DNA from: Mobula hypostoma
Taxonomy: Eukaryota
Direction of reading: 5' to 3'
Assembly (NCBI RefSeq): GCF_963921235.1
Contig: NC_086097.1
Coordinates: 254,512,001-254,576,000 of the forward strand
Length of the DNA stretch: 64,000 nt
This document shows, one piece after another, positions 24,461 to 35,947 of this stretch. Position 1 is the stretch's first letter, and each line of letters starts with the position of its first letter. Under the pieces are notes generated by a model. The model was not told the origin of the DNA and did no database searches. It saw only the letters and a program-made list of their open reading frames with translations. The translations under genes were made by a program, and so were the position numbers.

Positions 24461-25222
24461 ACATGAACTGCTGAAGGAACTCAGCAGGTCAGGCAGTATC
24501 TATAGAAAAAAGTGCAGTTGACGATTTGGGCCGAGACACTTCAGCAGGACTGGAGAAAAAAATGATGAGAAGTAGATTTAAAAGGTGGGGAAGAGGAGAG
24601 AAAAATACAAGGTGATAGTGAAACCTGAAGAGGGAGAAATGAAGTGAAGAGCTGGTGAAAGAGATACAGGACTGGAGAAAGGGGAATCTGATAAGAGAGG
24701 GCAGAAGGCCATGGAAGAATCCAAAGGGGGCAGGGTCACCAGAGGCAGGCGATGGGTGGGCAAGGAGATCAGTTGAGAGAGGGAAAAAAGGGATGGGAAA
24801 TGGTGAAGGGGGGTTGAGGGGCATTACCAGAAGTTCAAGAAATCGAAGTTCATGCCATTAGTTTGGAGGCTACCCAAATGGAACATAAGGTGTTCCTCCA
24901 CCCCGAGTGTGGCCTCCTTGCAACAGTAGAGGAGGCCATGGATTGACATATCGGAATGGGAATGGGAAGTGGATTAAAACTGGTGGCCATTGGGAGATCC
25001 TGCTTCTTCTGGTGGACAGTGCATAGGTGCTCGGTGAAGCAGCCTCCCAACCTGCGTCGGGTCTCACTGATGTACAGGAGGCCACACCGGGAGCACCAAG
25101 CACAGTAAATGACCCCAGCAGACTCACAGGTGAAGAGTCGCCTCACCTGGAAGGACTGTTTGCGGCCCTAATGGTAGTGAGGGAGGAGGTGTAGGGATAG
25201 GTGTGGCACTTGTTCCGCTTGC
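24460..25222 (-). mobile_element. Penelope-like element (Neptune-type) 3' part: GIY-YIG endonuclease remnant plus pLTR
   Basis: ORF 24850-25146 FTCESAGVIYCAWCSRCGLLYISETRRRLGGCFTEHL. Decayed hammerhead motif at 24515-24552. Confidence 0.85.
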
Positions 25223-25264
25223 TTGTTGGGTGTATTTAAGGTGGAGATTGGCCACCACATCAAA

Positions 25265-25960
25265 GGTTACTGTGTTCAGTTCTAGTCATCTCACTGCTTC
25301 TGTGTTTAGTGCTGGTTACTTCACGACAAGAAGGATGTGGATACTATAGAGAGAGTGCAGAGGAGATTTACAAGGATGCTGCCTGGATTAGAGGATGTAC
25401 CTTATGAGAATAGGTTGAGTGAACTTGGCCTTTTCTCCTTGGAGCGATGGAGGATGAGAGGTGACCTGATACAGGTGTATAAGATGATGAGAGGCATTGA
25501 TCGTGTGATCGTGTGGATAGTCAGAGGCTTTTTCCCAGGGCTGAAATAGCTAACGGGGGGGGTGGGGGCATAGTTTTAAGGTGCTTGGAAATAGGTACCG
25601 AGGGGATGTCAGGGGTAAGTTTTTCAGACAGAGGGTGGTGGTGGTGGTGGAAGCGGATACAACAGGGTCTTTTAAGAGACTCTTAGATAGATACATGGAG
25701 CTTGGCAAAATAGAGGGCTATGTGCTAGGGAAATTCTAGGCAATCTCTAGAATGGGCTACATGGTCAGCACAACATTGTGGGCCGAAGGGCCTGTAATGC
25801 ATTGAAAATTTCTATGTTCTCTATGTTTTATGTTACAGGAAGAAGGTCAGGGAGTGGGCTGAGGAGAGTAGAAAGGGTTAGCCTTGACTGAATGGCACAG
25901 CAGACTTGATGGGCCAAATGGCTTAAATCTGCCCCAATGTCTTATGGTCTTTTGGTCTTA
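25265..25960 (+). mobile_element. CR1 3' fragments
   Basis: DTIERVQRRFTRMLPGL...; tails ttctatgtt and tcttatggtc. Confidence 0.85.
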
Positions 25961-26074
25961 AATTTGCCTTAATTTCCATTATATACTGCTCAACTGATTT
26001 GATTTATTGTCAATAATAAATAAGAAATCCCCCTTCGTCAATCTGCATTCACACCAAATTCAGGCGATCTAAGG

Positions 26075-27003
26075 CAACGCACACAAAATGCTAGAGGAAC
26101 ACAGCTGGTCAGACAGTATCCATGGAGGGGAATAAACAGCTGACCTTTCGAGCCAAGCCCTTCATCCGGACTGGAAAGGAAGGGAAATGTCAGAATAAGA
26201 AGGTGGACGGAGGGGAAAGAGGATAAACTACATGGTGATAGATGAGACCGGTGAGGGAGAAAGTGAGTGGGTGGGTGAGGGAGGATGAGGTAACAAGCAG
26301 AGAGGTGACAGGTGGAAAAAGTAAAGAGCTGAAGAAGAAGGAACATGATAGGAGAGGACAGCAAACCATAGGATAAAGGGGAGGAGGAGGGGGCACCAGA
26401 GGGAGTTGATAGGCAGCTGAGGAAAAGAGAGGAGTGAGAATAGGAAATGGAAAAATAGAAAATGGGAAGGGGGAGAAATTACTGGAAGTTAGAGAAATCA
26501 ATGTTCATGCCATCAGGTTGGAGGCTACACAAACAGAATATGAGGTGTTGCTCTTCTGATCTGAAAGTGGCCTTGTCATGGCAGTAGAACAGGCCATGGA
26601 CTGACATGTTGGAATGGGAATGAGGACTGGAATTAAAATGAATGGCCACTGGGAAATCCTGCTTTTTGTGAATGGAGCCAAGGTGCTCTACAAAGCAGTC
26701 GCAGTCCACCAATGTAAAGGAGACTACATCAGGAGTGCCAGATACAGTAGATTCACAGGTGAAGTGTTTGCTCACCTGGGAGGACTGTTTGGGGCCCTGA
26801 ATAATGGTGACTGGCAGGTGTGCAGTTCTGCCATTTGCAGAGCTAAGTGCTACGAGGGAGATCAGTGGGGAGGGACAAATGGACAAGGGAATCACAGAGA
26901 GAGCAATTCCTACAGAAAGTGGTGGGGGCGGGGAAATTGAAGGTGTGTCTTGTGGTAGGATCCCATTGAAGATGACGGTTGCAAAAAATTATGTGTTGGA
27001 ACT
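26075..27003 (-). mobile_element. Second Penelope-like 3' part (GIY-YIG remnant plus pLTR)
   Basis: TIIQGPKQSSQVSKHFTCES...CFVEHL...PVAIHFNS.PHSHSNMSVHGL...EEQHLIFCL.SLQPDGMNIDFSNF; hammerhead remnant at 26137-26173. Confidence 0.82.
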
Positions 27004-27353
27004 CCTCAAAGGATTTAATTTATAACTTGGCAAATGGATGATAGAAAAATGGAGGGCTACGTAGGAGGGAAGGGTTGATTAACTTGGAGTAGATTAAAAA
27101 GTCTGCACAATATTGTGTGCCAAAGGACCTACACCGTGCTGTAATGTTCTATGTTTCATACACTTTAATATGTGTTTTTTCTACCGTCTCCCCACTCCCT
27201 CAGATACTGAGTGCACTGTAACTCAGACATGACGAGTGCTCGAGGTCACACACAAAACCTCTCCAAGTACCTGCACCCAACTCTGACAGTCACACCCTCA
27301 ATTTTTGTACATGTGTGTACCTGCGTTCAGAGTGAAACTATTCAGAATGATTT

Positions 27354-27422
27354 TCCAGGTACATTATTCTAAGCCAGAGGATTGCAACTCCAGGTACATT
27401 ATTCTAAGCCAGAGGATTGCAA
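27354..27422. repeat. Perfect tandem duplication of 34 bp (period 35)
   Basis: tccaggtacattattctaagccagaggattgcaa at 27354 and 27389. Confidence 0.9.
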
Positions 27423-27499
27423 ATGCCTGTGAGAAAATGAGGAAGTATGTTAAATATACTGTACATATTTTAATAACAAATTGAGTAACAATAAAATAA

Positions 27500-28885
27500 T
27501 ATAAACGACTATAGCCCGGTAGCATTCACATCTACAGTGATGAAATGCTTTGAGAGGTTGGTCATGTCTAGACTGAACTCCTGCCTCAGCAAAGACCTGG
27601 ACCCATTGCAATTTGCCTATCGCCACAATAGGTCAACAGCAGATACAATCTCAATGGCTCTCCACATGGCTTTAGACCACCTGGACAACACAAACACCTA
27701 CGTCAGGATGTTATTCATCAACTATAGCTCAGCATTTAATACCATCATTCCCATAATCCTGATTGAGAAACCTGGGCCTCTGTACCTCCCTCTGCAATTG
27801 GATCCTCGATTTCCTAACCAGGAGATCATAATCTGTGTGGATTGGTGATAATATCTCCTCCTCACTGACGATCAACACTGGTGCACCTCAGGGGTGTGTG
27901 CTTAGCCCACTGCTCTACTCTCTCTATACCCATGACTGTGTGGATAGGCATAGCTCAAATACCATCTATAAATTTGCTGATGATACAACAAATTGGTTGT
28001 TGGTTGAATCTCAGGTGGTGACGAGATGGCGTACAGGAGTGAGATATGCCAACTAATGGAGTGGTGTCGCAGGAACAGTATGGCACTCAACATCAGTAAG
28101 ACAAAAGAGCTGGTTATGGACTTCTGAAAGGGTAAGACGAAGGAACATATACCAATCCTCATAGAGGGATCAGAAGTGGAGAGAGTGAGCAGTTTCAAGT
28201 TCCTGGGTGTCAAAATCTCTGAGGATCTAACCTGGTCCCAGCAAAATGATGTAGTTATAAAGGAGGCAAGACAGCGACTATATTTTGTTAGGAGTCTGAA
28301 GAGATTTGGTATGTCAACAAATACACTCAAAAATTTCTAGAGTTGTACTGTGGAGAGAATTCTGACAAGCTGCATCACTGTCTGGTATGGAGGGGCTACT
28401 GCGCAGGACCAAATGAAGCTGCAGAAGGTTGTAAATCTAGTCAGTTCCATCTTGGGTACTAGCCTACAAAGTACCCAGGACACCTTCAAGGGGCAGTGTC
28501 TCAGAAAGGCAGCGTCCATTATCAAGGACCTCCAGCACACGGGGCATGTCCTTTTCTCACTGTTACGATCAAGTAGGAGGTACAGAAGCCTGAAGGCACA
28601 CACTCAGCGATTCAGGAACAGCTTCTTCCCCTCTGCCAACCAATTCCTAAATGGACATTGAACCCTTGGACACTACCTCACTTTTTTTATATATTATTTT
28701 TGTTTTTGCACTATTTTTAATCCATTCAATATACATACACTGTAATCAATTTATTTATTATTGTTATTATTTTATTTTGTTTCTTTTCTACTATATTATG
28801 TATTGCATTGAATGGCTGCTGCTAAGTTAACAAATTTCAAGACACATGCTGGTGATAATAAACCTGATTCTGATTCAGATTCTGA
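27500..28885 (+). mobile_element. 5'-truncated Rex1/Babar LINE
   Basis: MKCFERLV...[32 protein letters not shown] and RRYRSLKAHTQRFRNSFFP motifs; (ctgatt)n tail. Confidence 0.9.
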
Positions 28886-29116
28886 ATAAATTTATTCTGA
28901 CTGATCTGAAAGGAGGTGAATTCCTTCAAATAAAATGGGAACTGGAATTGTCTCAGAGTTTAAAAACTCTCATCAGTTCAGTAGTGATGACAGATTACTG
29001 GTGAAATCAGAGTAGGCCGCTTATAAAGGGAAAACACTTTTCACTGATCCTCAGTAAATGTGGCAATAACAAAACCAAGAAAAATACACAAAACGCTGGA
29101 GGAACGCAGCAGGTCC

Positions 29117-31733
29117 TTAGGAGACAGACAAGTGGGTAACAGTCAGGAGAAGAAGGTCAGATGCTAGAGAGTACCCCTGTGGCTGTCCCCTTAACAATAA
29201 GTACTCCAGTTTGAGTACTGTTGGGGAGGGGGCCAGACTACCTGGGGAAAACAACAGTGGCCGCACCTCTGGCACACAGTCTGGCCCTGTGGCTCAGAAG
29301 GGGAGGGAAAGGAAGAGGATGGCAGCAGGCAAGAGGTCCTGAAAACAGACTACAGGGAGTTAGGAAGGAAGTTGAGAAGCAGGACTTCAAAGGTAGTCAT
29401 CTCGAAATTACTGCCTGTGCCACAAAAAGTGTGTATACAAATAGAGTGAGGTGGAGGATAAATGCGTGGCTGAGGGACTGAGCAGGGGGCAGGGATTCAA
29501 ATTTCTGGATCAGTGGGACTTCTTCTGGGCCAGGAGTGACCTTTACAAAAAGGACGGGTTGCACCTGAATCTGAAGGGGACCAATATCCTGGAAGGAAGG
29601 TTTGCTAAGGCTATTCGGGAGAGTTTAAACTAGAAATTGCTGGGGGATGGGAACCGAACTGGAGATGGAGGAAGGGGCGGTTGGCTCACAATAGAGAAAG
29701 CATGGAGACAGTACGAGAGGGAAGATAGGAAGGTGATAGAAAAGGGATACGCTCAGACCGATGGTTTGAGATGTGTCTATTTTAATTCAAGAAGCATCAT
29801 GAAAAAAGCGGATGAGCTTAGAGCGTGGATCAGTACTTGGAGCTATGATGTTGTGACCATCACAGAGACTTGGATGGCTTAGGGGCAGGAATGGTTACTT
29901 CGAGTGCCAGGCTTTAGATATTTCAGAAAGGACAGGGAGGGAGGAAAAAGAGGTGGGGGTGTGGCACTGTTGATCAGAGATAGTGTCACGACTACAGAAA
30001 AGGAGGAAGTCATGGAGGGATTGTCTACTGAGTCTCTGTGGGTGGAAGTTAGAAACAGGAAGGGGTCAATAACTCTACTGGGTGTTTTTTATAGACCACC
30101 CAGGGACATTGAGGAGCAGATAGGGAGACAGATTCTGGAAAGGTGTAATAATAACAGGGTTGTCGTGGTGGGAGATTTTAATTTCCCAAATATTGATTTG
30201 GCATCTCCATAGAGCAAGGGGTTTAGATGGGATGGAGTTTGTTAGATATATTCAGGAAGGTTTCCTGACACTGTAGAGGCTGTATTTGATCTGGTATTGG
30301 GAAATGAACCTGGTCAGGTGTCAGGTCTCTCAGTAGGAGAGCATTTTGGAGATAGTGATCACAATTCTATCTCCTTTACCATAGCATTGGAGAGGGATAG
30401 GAACAGACAAGTTAGGAAAGTGTTTAATTGGAGTAAGGGGAAATATGAGTCTATCAGGAAGGAACTTGGAAGCATAAATTGGGAACTGATGTTCTCAGGG
30501 AAATGTACGGAAGAAATGTGACAAATGCTCAGGGGATATTTACGTGGAGTTCTTCAAAGGAACGCTCCAATGAGACAGGGAAAGGATGGTAGTGTACAAA
30601 TGCTGTTGTAAATCCAGTCAAGAAGAAAAGCTTACAAAAGGTTCAAAAAACTAGGTAATGATAGAGATCTAGAAAATTAAAAGGCTAGCAGGAAGGAGCT
30701 TAAGAATGAAATTAGGAGAAACAGAAGGGGCCATGAGAAGGCCTTGGTGGACAAAATTAAAGAAAACCCCAAGGCATTCTACAAGTATGTGAAGAACAAG
30801 AGGATAAGATGTGAGAGAATAGGACCAATCAAGTGTGACAGTGGAAAAGTGTGTACAGAACCAGAGGAGATAGCAGAGGTACTTAATGAGTACTTTGCTT
30901 CAGTATTCACTAAGGAAAAGGATCTTGGCGATTGTAGGGATGACTTACAGTGGACTGAAAAGCTTGAGTATGTAGATATTAAGAAAGAGGATGTGCTGGA
31001 GCTTTGGGAAAACATCAAGTTGGTTAAGTCGCCGGGACCGAATGAGATGTACCCCAGGCTACTGTGGGAGGTGAGGGAGGAGATTGCTGAGCCTCTGACA
31101 ATGATCTTTGGCATCATCAATGGGGACAGGAGAGGTTCTGGAGGATTGGAGTGTTGTGGATGTTGTTCCTTTATTCAAGAAAGGGAGTAGAGATAGAGGG
31201 AGTGTTGCAAATGTTGTTCCCTTATTAAAGAAAGGGAGTAGAGACCAGTGAGGAAATTATAGACCAGTGAGTCTTACTTCAGTGGTTGGTAAGTTGATAG
31301 AAAAGATCCTGAGAGGCAGGATATATGAACATTTGGAGAGGCATAACATGATTAGGAATACTCAGCATGGCTTTGTCAAAGGCAGGTCGTACCTTATGAG
31401 CCTGTTTGAATTTTTTGAGGATGTGACTAAACACATTGATGAACGTAGAGCAGTAGATGTAGTGTATATGGATTTTAGCAAGGCATTTGATAAGGTACCC
31501 CATGCAAGGATTATTGAGAAAGTAAGGAGGCATGGGATTCAAGGGGACATTGCTTTGTGGATCCAGAACTGGCTTGCCCACAGAAGGCAAAGTGTGGTTG
31601 TAGATGGGTCAAATTCTGCATGGAGGTCGGTGACCAGTGGTATGCCTCAGGGATCTGTTCTGGGACCCCTTCTTTTCGTGATTTTTATAAATGACCTGGA
31701 TGAGGAAGTGGACGGATGGGTTAGTAAATTTGC
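29117..31733 (+). mobile_element. CR1 LINE: ORF1 esterase remnant, AP endonuclease and RT, lacking the 3' end, with a ~51-bp internal tandem duplication near 31150-31250
   Basis: YKKDGLHLN; CVYFNSRSI..ITETW; GVFYRPP; GDFNFPNID; GDSDHNSI; RT ORF 31267-31733. Confidence 0.9.
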
Positions 31734-31764
31734 TGTATTGTGCTGTAGGTTTTCTACGTTTCTA

Positions 31765-31967
31765 GGTCAGTCAGCATCTACAGAGAGAAATGAAGAGTCA
31801 ACGTTTTGGGCTGAGACCCTTCATCAGCACTGGAAAGGAAGGGGGTGAAACCAGAATAAGGTGGGGAAAGGTGAAGAAGGATAAACTGAGAGGTGATAGG
31901 TGCGACCAAGTGAGGGGTAAGGTGAGTGGGTAGGGGCACCTGGCTTCACCTATCATCTTCTAGCTTG
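31765..31967 (-). mobile_element. Penelope-like pLTR fragment with hammerhead motif (31795-31833)
   Basis: Minus strand ccagtgCTGATGAagggtctcagcccAAAACGTTgactc. Confidence 0.7.
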
Positions 31968-31971
31968 TATT

Positions 31972-32343
31972 CGAGGTGACCTGATAGAGGTGTACAAGTT
32001 AATGAGAGGCGTTGATCATGTGGATAGTCAGAGGCTTTTTCCCAGGGCTGAAATTGCTAACACGAGAGGGCACAGTTTTAAGGTGCTGGGGAGCAGGTAC
32101 AGAGAAGATGTCAGGGGTAAGTTTTTTTATGCAGAGAGTGGTGAGTGCGTGGAATGGGCTGCTGGCATTGGCGGTGGAGATGGATACGATAGGGTCTTTT
32201 AAGGGACTCCTGGATAGATACATGGAGCTTAGAAAAATAGAAGGCTATGGGTAAAGCCTGGGTAATTTCTAAAGAAAGTACATGTTCGGCACATCATTGT
32301 AGGCCAAAGGGCCTGTCTGGTGCTATAGGTTTTCTGTTTCTAA
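31972..32343 (+). mobile_element. CR1 3' fragment
   Basis: QRVVSAWNGL..., tail ggttttctgtttct. Confidence 0.8.
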
Positions 32344-32809
32344 ATACAGCAGGTGGGTTGCTGGGCTGTGTGACTTGTTGGACCTGGAGAGCCTGTTCCA
32401 CGCCGCATCTCTCCTGTTCCCACATCCGATGAAACATTTGCAGCCAAGCATTCTGCCAATCCAGTTGGAAACATTGTGAACCCCAGTGAACGCGGAAGAC
32501 AATCTATTATTCTTTAAAAGTGTTGAGTGATTTAGTTGAGCACTTCATGCATCATGCTCTGAGTCTGAATTGTACAATTAATGGCCATGCCACAGTACCA
32601 ACCTTTTCTAAGCAGAGTTCTTATTCTGTTTGGTCAGCAGACCAGGCTCTCCGCCAGAGAAACAAACAATATCAACCTGTAATCCTGGTTTTGGAGCTGG
32701 CAGCCAGTAAGGGAAAGAGAGCCTTTGCATGAAACGACTGAGGTAGGAATTAAGCTGAAGACCGGATCAGTGCCTCCTCAATACAGTGACTTTTGGAAAT
32801 TGCACGGAG

Positions 32810-33201
32810 CGTAATCTCACAGCAATCACTCATTGCCTGCTTCAAGAAGGCTTCAAATACACAAGTGCCCAAGAACAGTGTGGAGATCTGCATCAATGAC
32901 TATCACCCAATTGCACTTACATCCAAAGTGATGAAGTGTTTTGAGAGGCTGGTATTGAAACGTAACAGCTCCTGCCTGAGAGGCGATTTGGATCCATTCA
33001 ATTTGCCTACTGGTGGAACAGGTCCACAACAGATGCCATCACTCAGTCCGGGATTTTTACTCCTCATGTATACGAAGGATGTGAGGAAAAAAGTCAATTC
33101 AATTCATTTTTTTTTTTTTGCTGTGTGCGTGCGTGCTTCCATCCGTGTGTGTGCGATGTTGGCGGGACGACGTCTTTTTCATGCCTTTACAAGGCGCGGA
33201 G

Positions 33202-33244
<43 letters not shown>

Positions 33245-34400
33245 CTGTGTGGCTCGCCACTCCTCACACAGACATTTCGCAGTATTTTTCCCTTTATTTT
33301 ACTTGGTTGAGTTGCGATCTTGAGCGGACCCGACTGGGCTCGAACCTGGGAACCTCCGTTCCAGAGTCCGGCACTGATGTCATTGCGTCACCAGCCGGCC
33401 CAAAGTCAATTCAATTCAATTCAATTCCACCTGGACAACAAACATGCATACATCAGATGTTCTTCGTCATTTACAGCTCAGCCTTCAATACCATCAACCC
33501 CACAAAACTAATCAATAATCTCCAAGACCTTGGCCTCAATACCTCAACAGGGCAGCGTGCTTTGCCCCCTGCTCTGCTCGCTTTATACCTACGACCGTGT
33601 GGCTGAGCACAGCTCCAATACTACATTCAAGTTTGCTGATGACACCACTGTTATAGGCCGAATCAAATGTGGTGATAAATCAGCATTCCAGAGGGAGATT
33701 GAAGATCTGGTTGAGAGGTGCCATAACAACAACCTCTCACCCATTGTCATCAAGACCAAGGTGCTGATTGTAGACTTCAGGAGGGGAAACCAGAGGTCCG
33801 TGAGCCAGTCCTCATCGGAGGATCAGAGGTGGAGAGGGTCAGCAACTTTAAATTCCTGGGTGTTACTACTTCAAAAGACCTGTGCTGGACCCGGCACATT
33901 CGTGCAAGCAACTGCGAAGAAAGCGCAGCAGCACATCGATTTCCTCAGGGGTTTGCAGGGACTCAGCATGACTTCTACCACTTTGGCAAACTTATATCCA
34001 TATAACAATTACAGCACGGAAACAGGCCATCTCAGCCCTTCTTCTACAGGTGTGTACTGGAGAGTACATTGACCAACTGCATCGCAGCCTGGTATGGAAA
34101 CACTTCAAGGAAAGATCCTGCAAAAAGCAGTAGATTTGGCCCAGTACATCACAGGTAAAGCCCTCTCCACCATTGAGCACATCTACAGAAGCATTGTCAC
34201 AAGAAAGCAGCATGCACCATTAGAGATCCCCACCACCTAGGTCATGGTCTCTTTTCGATGTCGCCATCGCGTAGAAGGTACAGGAGCCTCAGGACTTGCA
34301 CCAGCAGGTTCAAAAACATTTACTCCACCTCAACCATCAGGCTCTTGAATAATATACACAACATTACTTGCCCCATCACTGAAATGTTCCCACAGCGAAT
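32810..34400 (+). mobile_element. Degenerate Rex1/Babar LINE hosting three small insertions
   Basis: [20 protein letters not shown] and KFADDTTVIGRI motifs. Inserts: a Rex1 tail at 33045-33425, the SINE nested inside it, and a CR1 tail at 33997-34040. Confidence 0.8.
33107..33401 (-). mobile_element. tRNA-derived SINE, 295 bp, poly(A) tail, 17-bp TSD
   Basis: Minus-strand head gggccggcTGGTGACGCAATGAcatc...GGTTCGAGCCC (A-box and B-box-like). Internal (CT)n, A13 tail, TSD aaagtcaattcaattca at 33090-33106 and 33402-33418. Confidence 0.85.
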
Positions 34401-35947
34401 AATCTCAGTTTAGACCGTAAGACATAGGAGCAGAATTAGGCCATCCAGCCCAATGAGTCTGCTCCGCCATTCAATCACAGCTGATCCTCAGCCCTACTCC
34501 CCGGCCTTCTCCCCACAACCTTTGAAGCCGTGTCCAACCAAGAACCTATCAGGCTTTGCCTTTTGCCTTAAATATACCCAACAACCTGGCCTCCATACCT
34601 GCCTGTGGTACAAATTCCACAAATTCACTGCCCTCTAGCTAAAGAAATTTCTCCATATTTCTGTTTTAAATGAACACTCCTCTGTCCTGAGGCCCTCTTG
34701 TCCTAGACTCCCCCACCATGGGAAATACCTTTTCCGCATCTACTCTGTCTAGGCCTTTCAACATTCAAAAGGTTTCAATAAGATCTCCCTTCATCCTTCT
34801 AAACTCTAGCGAGTACAGACCCAGAGCCATCAAATGTTCCTCATGTGATAATGCTTTCATTCCCGGAATCATCCTTGCGAACCGCCTCTGGACCCTCTCC
34901 AATGCCACCATACCTTTTCTTAGATGAGGAGCAGAAAACTGCTCACAATACTCAAGGTGAGGCCTCGCCAGTGCCTTAAAAAGCCTCAGCATCACATCCC
35001 TGCTCTTATATTCTAGACCTCTAGAAATGAATGCTAACATGGCATTTACCTTCCTCACCACTGACTCAAACTGCAAGTTAATCTTTAGGGTGTTCTGCAC
35101 AAGGACTCCCAGGTCCCTTTACATCTCAGATCTTTACATCTCAGATTTTTGGATTTTCACCCTGTTTGAAAAACAGTCTGCACATTTATTTCTACTACCA
35201 AAGTGCATGACCATGCATTTTCCAACATTGTATTTCACTTACCACTTTCTTGTCCATTCTCCTAATCTGTTTAAGTCCTTCTGCAGCCTACCTGTTTCAA
35301 CACTACCTGCCCCTCCAACAATCTTCGTATCATCTGCAAAATTGGCTAAAGCCATCAATTCCATCATCTAAACCATTGATATATGATTTAGAAGCAGTCC
35401 CAACACTGATCCCAGAGGAACACTACTAGTCACTGGCAGCCAGCAGACAATCATCCTTTTTTCCCCCACTGACTGCCTCCTACCAATCAGCCAAAGCTCT
35501 AACCATGTTAGTAACTTCCCTGTAATACCATGGGCTCTTAACTTCATGTGTGGCACCTTGTCAAAGGCCTTCTGAAAGTCTAAATATACAACATCCACTA
35601 CATCTCCCTTTATCTATCCTACATGTAATCTCCTCAAAGAATTCCAGCAGGTTCATCAGGTAAGGCCATTCGCATTTATGCATCTCCAAGTCTGCGGATG
35701 ACACGAAGCTGGGCGGCAGTGTTAGCTGTGAGGAGGATGCTAAGAGGATGCAGGGTGACTTGGATAGGTTAGGTGAGTGGGCAAATTCATGGCAGATGCA
35801 ATTTAATATGGATAAATGTGAGGTTATCCACTTTGGTGGCAAAAACAGGAAAACAGATTATTATCTGAATGGTGGCCGATTACGAAAAGGGGAGGTGCAA
35901 CGAGACCTGGGTGTCATTATACACCAGTCATTGAAAGTGGGCATGCA

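Noticed and set aside
33325..33401. Genuine tRNA gene
   Set aside because: The cloverleaf is imperfect, and the sequence continues into a body, poly(A) and TSD. It is a SINE head.
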